Source: an uncultured Bacteriovoracaceae bacterium
Lineage (GTDB): Bacteria; Bdellovibrionota; Bacteriovoracia; Bacteriovoracales; Bacteriovoracaceae
Direction: 5' to 3'
Assembly (NCBI GenBank): GCA_964012805.1
Contig: CAXGUD010000001.1
Coordinates: 822 to 32,821 of the forward strand
DNA: 32,000 nt
Both the position numbers and the translations under genes were made by a program. Below are positions 26,107 to 32,000 of the stretch, in pieces. A model generated the notes under the pieces. It saw only the letters and a list, made by a program, of their open reading frames with translations, had not been told where the DNA came from and did not search any database. Positions within the stretch are counted from its first letter, which is position 1, and every line of letters starts with the position of its first letter.

Positions 26107-28200
26107 ATGATAACAAATATAATAAGAACAACTTTTATCAATGCTACGTTAATTATCTTTTGCAACATCATAGTAAATAGCTCTAAAGCAAATGATAAAT
26201 TATTTTTCGAATGGGATTATGAGAACCATCCTCAAAATATGGTAGACCGCTATACCACTGTTTTTGAAGAGTTACCTCTTGAAGGTGAAATTCAAAATCA
26301 ACCCTGGAGTGGAGATTATTGGCCTACTCAAAAAGGAGGGATCTCTTACCGTTGGTATGTCCGTAAAGCAATCCCACACGATAGCATTGAGAGGTTTGGT
26401 TATAAATTTCTAGACATGAAAAAATATCAAAAAGACTTAAAAAATAAAAAGCACCTTATAAACAGAAAAACAAAGCTGGAATTTATTAGAGATCACGGAC
26501 CAAGAGAAGGTATTAAAAAATATGAAGATTATATAAAAACAGCACCAGAAATTGTGATTGATCCCGCAGAGCTTTCTCCTGCTGAAAAGTATGATCTTTT
26601 AATGGGAGATAAAAACTGGTCTCTTACAAGAAGAGAAAGAAAACGATCAGATATTTACGACTTAATTAAAGCCCTCAAAAAAGACCCTAAAGCCAATAGA
26701 GAGAGCTTTATTCCTAGTTGGTGGGGTCTATGCCACGCATGGGCTCCGGCCACAATTCTTTATGAAAACCCAAACCCAATAGGATATTCCAATCCATTTT
26801 CAAGAGAGCCTGCCCCCATAAAGTTAAAGAATCCTTCTGGAATTGAAGTTCCCTTTGGAAGTGCCGATATCAAAGCACTTCTTACAGTCCATCTAGACAT
26901 CGCTGAGAGCACCTCGGGTTCGACAATCTTTTTAGGAAGCCGCTGTAACCTGGAATTAGAGCAGCACTTCCAATCATTCAGCCGAGGAGAAATTAGTGAA
27001 ATAGAACTCCGTGGGCTCCTTGAAAGAGAAGGCTGTAATGACACAAATGCCGGTAGTTTTCATATTACCCTAACAAACCTCATAGGCCACTATAAGACTG
27101 GTTTTATTATGGATCATGATAGAGGAAGCGAAGTCTGGAATCAAGGAATAGTATCATATAAGATTTTAGAAAATATTGATAAGCCTGTTCCAGAAAAGTT
27201 TAAGAAAAATGTTTCAAGAATTGTGTCCGTAAAAAACGAGGTCACATGGATATCAGAAATTAATCAGAGCTGGAAAAAAGTTAATCTTGCTGGAAGAAAT
27301 GGTTTTCAAAAAAGCGTTTATAATTATGAGCTTTACCTCAATCCACAAAATGAAATTATTGGAGGGACCTGGCTAGATCAAACCAACTTATCAAATAAAA
27401 ATTGGAAAGATAGACCTGATTTCCTTTGGATGAGACCAAAAATAAGTTTTTCGAAAAGTATACCTGGGCTCAGTAAAATTTATTCTAAATCAATAGGAAA
27501 AAAAGAGAAGTTAAAACCTAAAAAAGCCTGGAAGAAGGCCTTCAAAAAAATAAAATTATCTAACAAGTTTATCAGAAATACAAAAGAGTTTACCAAGAAG
27601 AAAAAAGAAGAAAAAAAGAAATACCTTCAATCATTAAGGAAAAAGTCAATAGATGCTTTTAAAAGAAGAGTCGATTTAAACAAAAAATTAAAAAAGGATT
27701 TAAAAAAGAAATTTGGTAATATTCTTTCAAAGGTAAGAAGAAGTATTTTAAAGAGAGAAAGGTCTATTATAAAACGAAGAAGTCACTTAGAAGAAAAAGA
27801 TGGAAAGGTTCTATGCCACGTCCTTTATCACACTAGTGAAGAGGATAATTATCAGGATTTCAAAGCCGAAGGGGAAGATATTCAAAGTTCCTGCAAAGCC
27901 GCCTTACAAAAGTGCGAAAATTATAAGTTTTCAAATAAAATTAAAAACGCCAAGGAGTATTGTTTAAAAGGAAAAAGTAAAGACTACCTCTATACATGTA
28001 CATACACACTCTTTGCAAACCCAGACCCAATAAACTGGCTCATTAAAAAGACCAGAACTGGCAGAAAGATGGGTACTTTTAAACACAAGGCACTTATTGA
28101 AGATGTCGCCTGTTTAAGACCAAAAAAGAACTGCGAAAAAAGAAGATTTTGGAAAAGAACCTGTAAAAAAGAGGTCAAGCGCCCTCTTATCAGGCTTTAA
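26107..28200 (+). CDS. secreted transglutaminase-elicitor-like protein with Lys/Arg-rich region and Cys-containing C-terminal domain
   Basis: SWWGLCHAWAPATIL (Cys209, codon 26731-26733), FGSADIKALLTVHLD, GSFHITLTNLIGHYKTGFIMDHDRGSEVWNQGIVSYKI match the TGase elicitor (GP42/Pep-13 family) pattern as I recall it. Confidence 0.72.
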   Translation: MITNIIRTTFINATLIIFCNIIVNSSKANDKLFFEWDYENHPQNMVDRYTTVFEELPLEGEIQNQPWSGDYWPTQKGGISYRWYVRKAIPHDSIERFGYKFLDMKKYQKDLKNKKHLINRKTKLEFIRDHGPREGIKKYEDYIKTAPEIVIDPAELSPAEKYDLLMGDKNWSLTRRERKRSDIYDLIKALKKDPKANRESFIPSWWGLCHAWAPATILYENPNPIGYSNPFSREPAPIKLKNPSGIEVPFGSADIKALLTVHLDIAESTSGSTIFLGSRCNLELEQHFQSFSRGEISEIELRGLLEREGCNDTNAGSFHITLTNLIGHYKTGFIMDHDRGSEVWNQGIVSYKILENIDKPVPEKFKKNVSRIVSVKNEVTWISEINQSWKKVNLAGRNGFQKSVYNYELYLNPQNEIIGGTWLDQTNLSNKNWKDRPDFLWMRPKISFSKSIPGLSKIYSKSIGKKEKLKPKKAWKKAFKKIKLSNKFIRNTKEFTKKKKEEKKKYLQSLRKKSIDAFKRRVDLNKKLKKDLKKKFGNILSKVRRSILKRERSIIKRRSHLEEKDGKVLCHVLYHTSEEDNYQDFKAEGEDIQSSCKAALQKCENYKFSNKIKNAKEYCLKGKSKDYLYTCTYTLFANPDPINWLIKKTRTGRKMGTFKHKALIEDVACLRPKKNCEKRRFWKRTCKKEVKRPLIRL

Positions 28201-28547
28201 GAGACCGGATTCCATTATTTCGTGCCAAAAAATAAATATTTCAATGATTTTTATTGCCTTTTAAGCTTCTAAAGGTCCCTTTAAGGGGTTAATTATACTA
28301 ATCAGCAGGTTTTAGCAAAGAGTTAAATATACTTTATTGAGTTATTTAATGGAGCTGCCTAACAGGCCATTTGTATTTAATCGAGGACAACTTTCTTTTT
28401 TGTAAGCTTTTTTCAAACTGCACCAATAATGCACTTTCTTTTCAATTTCTGCACCTTCTTTTTCCCAATTTTTTTTTTATATAACAATTTAGAATTATCT
28501 CATAGGGTGAGTAATACGTTTAGAGCCCTTGAAGGAGGTACTTTAAA

Positions 28548-28751
28548 ATGCAATATAAACTTGAAACTATTTTGAAAAAATACAACATTGATGACATCAC
28601 ACATGGTATTGCCTACAATATTTCTGATCTTTCTCAGATCAAATATTGGGATAAGTCAGGAAAAGAGATTGTTGTCTCTTTTAATACCAGTGAACTATCT
28701 CCAGGTATTTTTTGTTTTAGAATTGCTGAGGGATCAATAACGATTCTTTAA
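28548..28751 (+). CDS. small hypothetical protein (67 aa)
   Basis: Strong RBS AAGGAGG 9-10 nt upstream of ATG. Confidence 0.65.
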   Translation: MQYKLETILKKYNIDDITHGIAYNISDLSQIKYWDKSGKEIVVSFNTSELSPGIFCFRIAEGSITIL

Positions 28752-28766
28752 TGTTGAGAGGTTTTG

Positions 28767-28949
28767 ATGAAAGGCGAAAATAAGTGCGAGCCTAAAAAAG
28801 TCGTTATTTATTATGAGATTGAAGGCGAGGAAGGCTCAACTAAAAAAATGACTTGTAATATTGTTGGTGAGTTAGATATGGATTTTATTATGTTCGCCTT
28901 ACGAAAGTGGAGCAACAAGTCCGTCTATAAAAGTCATGAATTCCTATAG
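28767..28949 (+). CDS. small acidic hypothetical protein (60 aa)
   Basis: Adjacent to previous small gene; GAGAGG before ATG at 28767 (supplied ORF begins at an upstream TTG). Confidence 0.55.
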   Translation: MKGENKCEPKKVVIYYEIEGEEGSTKKMTCNIVGELDMDFIMFALRKWSNKSVYKSHEFL

Positions 28950-29027
28950 GCCTCTTAAATAAATTATATTCGAAGATAAAAAATTAAATGCCGAGCCTTT
29001 CCTACCGTTAAGGAATGGGGGTAACGT

Positions 29028-30848
29028 TTGGCGGTAGATAGAAGTAATCAAAAAAAAATTTCCTTTGAAGAACTCATAAGCAATCACGGAATGGCTTCAA
29101 TTCTTGCTGTTGATGACAATCAAAAAAATATACAAGTTATTGGTCAACTTCTAAAACATGCCACTTGGTGTTCACTATCTGTTTGTTTAGAAAGTCAAAA
29201 AGCTATAAAGTTGGCTGCAAAAATCCGTCCTGACATTATTCTTTTAGACCTTCATATGCCTAAACTTAATGGTATTGATGTCTTGAAAAAATTAAATGAG
29301 ATGGAAATATTGGAAACAAGTACAGTTATATTTTTAACGGCTGACAGAGAAATTGAAAACCGTCTGGAAGGTCTATCACTTGGCTGCGCAGACTATATTC
29401 AAAAGCCATTTAATTCCGATGAATTTATTATTAAATTGAAGTACCACATAAAGATGAGGTATTATGAAAAAGAAATACTTAATACACTAAAGAACACGAA
29501 TAACCTACTGGATAATATTAATCAAGCCATTTTTTCTATTAATAAAAATGGTGAAATAATTAATCCTATCTCTAATCATTCAAAAGAAATTTTTGGTTCG
29601 AACATTGAACCTGGCATTCATATAAATTCATTCCTCCAAGGTAAATTTCAATTTTCAGAAGAGGAAATTAGATCTTTTTTAGAGCAACTTTTAAGTTCCT
29701 TTAAACAATCAAAAATAAATTGGACCGAGATAGAAAGAAGCTTTCCCAAAAAATTTTTATTAACTAGAAGTAGAGAAAAAATAAAAATACTTAAAATAAA
29801 CTACTCATCTGTTTGGAATGGTGAACAGCTTGAAAACATTATCTTTTATTTTAACGACATAACAGACAAAGAAAAGGTAGAAGATGAATCGACTAAATAT
29901 AGCCTTAGTCAAATTTCATCCCTAAGCAGCATTAACTTAGAAACCCTAAGAAGCTGGACAAAGAGGTTTCATATTAAAGGCGATTTTTCTCATGAAGAAA
30001 GTAAATTTCGCTTTTCAGGGAAAGAACTCAAAAAATTTCAGCTTTATAAGGAACTAATAGAAAAAGGGGAAAATATTGGTGCATTAGTTAAATTGAGTTA
30101 TAAGGAACTTATAAAAAGAAAAAATTTTTTGACTGAAGAAAAATCCAGACCAATAAAAATGAATGAAAGCTCAATTAAAAGTTATGATCTAGTTAACACC
30201 CTTCACTTTTTTATGACACAAAAAAAATTTGATATTTTCCAAAGAGACTTTAATAAGCTTCCCACTATTTACAATCAAAGAGAGTTAGTTTTTGATATCA
30301 TTCTTCCTTTTCTAAAATTAAGGAATAAGGATAGGTTTTGGAATAATTTTTCAGATGCAAAAAAAGACTTTTTAAATTTCTACCTTATAAAAAAAATAAT
30401 AGAGTTTGCTGTACCTAAAAAAAGTATTCCCATAAATGAGGTTAAAAAAATATTTTTACTGGACTTTTTTCCCTCAAACACATCTTTAACTTGTCCCATT
30501 CTTTTACTTTTAGCTTCTTACCATAATTTTGAAACTTATTATATAAAAGAAAATATACTTAACCCTTCTTTTTTAAAAATATTGAAAGAAGAAAAAGATT
30601 CAATAATTTTTCTTAATTTAGATAAGAAAGGATCTTTTGATGAAACAGAGTTCAATGCAATAAACAAAGACATCCTTAACTCGTCTGCGTTAAAAAAGGC
30701 AGAAGTAATTCTCTTCAATAACCACCCCACAATCAAAATTGATAATGAAAAGAACCTTCACCTTAATGTTATTAATTCCTTTGAAGACGTTGACCAATTT
30801 TTTATAGACCTATCAAATGAAAAAGCGAAAATCAAAAGTGCAGCTTAG
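29028..30848 (+). CDS. regulator: receiver, PAS, MerR-type HTH, degenerate B12-binding-like domain
   Basis: Receiver (SILAVDDN, IILLDLHMP, FLTAD, IQKPF); PAS-like NINQAIFSINKNGEIINPIS...DITDKEKVED; MerR HTH YSLSQISSLSSINLETLRSWTKRF...KFRFSGKELKKFQLYKELIEKGENIGALVKLSYKEL; C-terminal region aligns in pattern with the CarH/LitR B12-binding module. Probable TTG start at 29028. Confidence 0.72.
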   Translation: MAVDRSNQKKISFEELISNHGMASILAVDDNQKNIQVIGQLLKHATWCSLSVCLESQKAIKLAAKIRPDIILLDLHMPKLNGIDVLKKLNEMEILETSTVIFLTADREIENRLEGLSLGCADYIQKPFNSDEFIIKLKYHIKMRYYEKEILNTLKNTNNLLDNINQAIFSINKNGEIINPISNHSKEIFGSNIEPGIHINSFLQGKFQFSEEEIRSFLEQLLSSFKQSKINWTEIERSFPKKFLLTRSREKIKILKINYSSVWNGEQLENIIFYFNDITDKEKVEDESTKYSLSQISSLSSINLETLRSWTKRFHIKGDFSHEESKFRFSGKELKKFQLYKELIEKGENIGALVKLSYKELIKRKNFLTEEKSRPIKMNESSIKSYDLVNTLHFFMTQKKFDIFQRDFNKLPTIYNQRELVFDIILPFLKLRNKDRFWNNFSDAKKDFLNFYLIKKIIEFAVPKKSIPINEVKKIFLLDFFPSNTSLTCPILLLLASYHNFETYYIKENILNPSFLKILKEEKDSIIFLNLDKKGSFDETEFNAINKDILNSSALKKAEVILFNNHPTIKIDNEKNLHLNVINSFEDVDQFFIDLSNEKAKIKSAA

Positions 30849-30927
30849 TCTTTTAAACAATGATAAAAATAGAAATACAACTAAAGAGAGAAATCTCATT
30901 ATATAAAAAGTACAAAAGAATCCTTAA

Positions 30928-31563
30928 TCACCTTAAAAAACCTAATCTTTTCAAAAGATTAAAAGTTAAGTGAGCAGTGATCCCCCAAATTCTATTATCT
31001 TCGTAAAAAAACTCATATAAGGGGTATGAAATACCTTGAAATGTTCTTTCTGTTTTTAAAAAACGATCTTCATTTACAAGTTCTGATATAGGGGCCCTAA
31101 AAACTTTGTGAACTTCTCTTGGGTCTATTTTTACATTGTTCAAGTCGAAGGGACTTCTAAAGTAAGCAATTACTGGCGTTATAAAAAACCTGGAAATAAG
31201 AGAAGGGTAAAGGGGCAAGCTTCCAACAATTGTGAAGTTATTTCTTTCAATTCCCACCTCTTCATAGGTTTCTCTAAGGGCACAATCAAATGCCGACTCT
31301 CCTTCAGATTGTTTACCGCCTGGAAAGCTAATCTGTCCTTTATGAGATGGCATCTCATCAGTTCTTAATGTATAAAGGATTTCAATATTTTCAATTTTTT
31401 CTACGACCTCAGGACAACTTAAACAAATGAGGACCGAAGCTGGCCTATGAGGGTTATTTTCAATATATGAGTCAACCGAATCCTGGGCCTTACCTTTTTC
31501 AAAATAAGGTACTTCCTGATCTAAACCATTCTTAATAGCTTTTTCTAAAGTTGATCTATCCAA
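30928..31563 (-). CDS. Nudix hydrolase, CoA pyrophosphatase-like
   Basis: Nudix box GKQSEGESAFDCALRETYEEVGI preceded by LRTDEMPSHKGQISFPGG, typical of the CoA-type (NudL-like) subgroup. Probable TTG start. Confidence 0.85.
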   Translation of the reverse strand: MDRSTLEKAIKNGLDQEVPYFEKGKAQDSVDSYIENNPHRPASVLICLSCPEVVEKIENIEILYTLRTDEMPSHKGQISFPGGKQSEGESAFDCALRETYEEVGIERNNFTIVGSLPLYPSLISRFFITPVIAYFRSPFDLNNVKIDPREVHKVFRAPISELVNEDRFLKTERTFQGISYPLYEFFYEDNRIWGITAHLTFNLLKRLGFLR

Positions 31564-31577
31564 AAAATATTTCCTTT

Positions 31578-31604
31578 ATTGTCTGTATTGTCTGTATTGT
31601 CTTG
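31578..31604. repeat. short tandem repeat, 9-bp unit ATTGTCTGT
   Basis: ATTGTCTGT ATTGTCTGT ATTGTCTTG, just upstream of the Nudix gene start. Confidence 0.6.
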
Positions 31605-31886
31605 TCATTGCGGAAAAGCCCTACAGCTAATAAGGGTAAGACTGATTTATGGAATCTTTTTTAAATCCTTATCTAAAAAGCTTCGGTTAGTTTAACTTTA
31701 AAACTACCCCACCTTGTTTGAACTTACAACTCTCAAAGAAGCGCTAATTCCTTCATAGATTGTGCTTATCCATTAATTTATTTATTAATTATTAGACAGA
31801 TTCAATTTTTTTTTGGTTTAAGGAGGTTCAAATACTTTTTAACACTCAAACAAAGTTTTTATCTAAAACGGTATCGCTTTTTTTCA

Positions 31887-32000
31887 CTAATTTCTTTCTT
31901 CTTTCTTATAGGCGACGATTGTAAGGCCTGTCTTTTTTTCAAACTCTCTAATTAAGTCCAGATTATCTTCAGATAGTTGAGCTAGATCGTATTTCTTTTC
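31887..32000 (-). CDS. 3' end of a CDS continuing past the window
   Basis: Minus-strand open frame from window edge: EKKYDLAQLSEDNLDLIREFEKKTGLTIVAYKKEERN*. Confidence 0.45.
   Translation of the reverse strand, partial: EKKYDLAQLSEDNLDLIREFEKKTGLTIVAYKKEERN

Noticed and set aside
30539-30736. Minus-strand ORF 65 aa inside the regulator gene
   Set aside because: Antisense to the B12-binding-like region of the regulator; no independent support.

Overview
AT-rich, densely coded window. Gene content and style suggest a Bdellovibrionota/Bacteriovoracales-like bacterium, but this is inference only. I found no tRNA, rRNA, CRISPR array or transposase. Main contents: (1) A minus-strand glycerol-type ABC transporter operon (glpS-glpT-glpP-glpV-glpQ-DUF2160) followed by a YugP-like Zn-peptidase. 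(2) A plus-strand six-gene cluster (about 11.5-17.9 kb) encoding an outer-membrane-barrel-like protein, a TPR protein, a membrane-anchored FliG-like protein, MotA-like and MotB-like proteins, and a second barrel-like protein. It has no flagellar structural genes, and it is flanked by a stand-alone receiver protein and a 7TM/PAS/Hpt/CheA-type-ATPase histidine kinase. This cluster is the best candidate for an undescribed, non-flagellar ion-driven motor. (3) A receiver-PAS-MerR HTH-degenerate B12-binding-like regulator. (4) A secreted protein made of about 11 two-cysteine repeats, next to a transglutaminase-elicitor-like secreted protein with a very basic tail. (5) An allantoicase, a degenerate 2-oxoacid dehydrogenase E2-like protein, a DUF4105/Lnb-like protein, a CoA-type Nudix hydrolase, and a lipoprotein gene interrupted by an in-frame TAA. 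The ABC ATPase pair shows complementary loss of catalytic motifs, predicting one functional composite ATP site. All family assignments come from reading motifs; no search was run.
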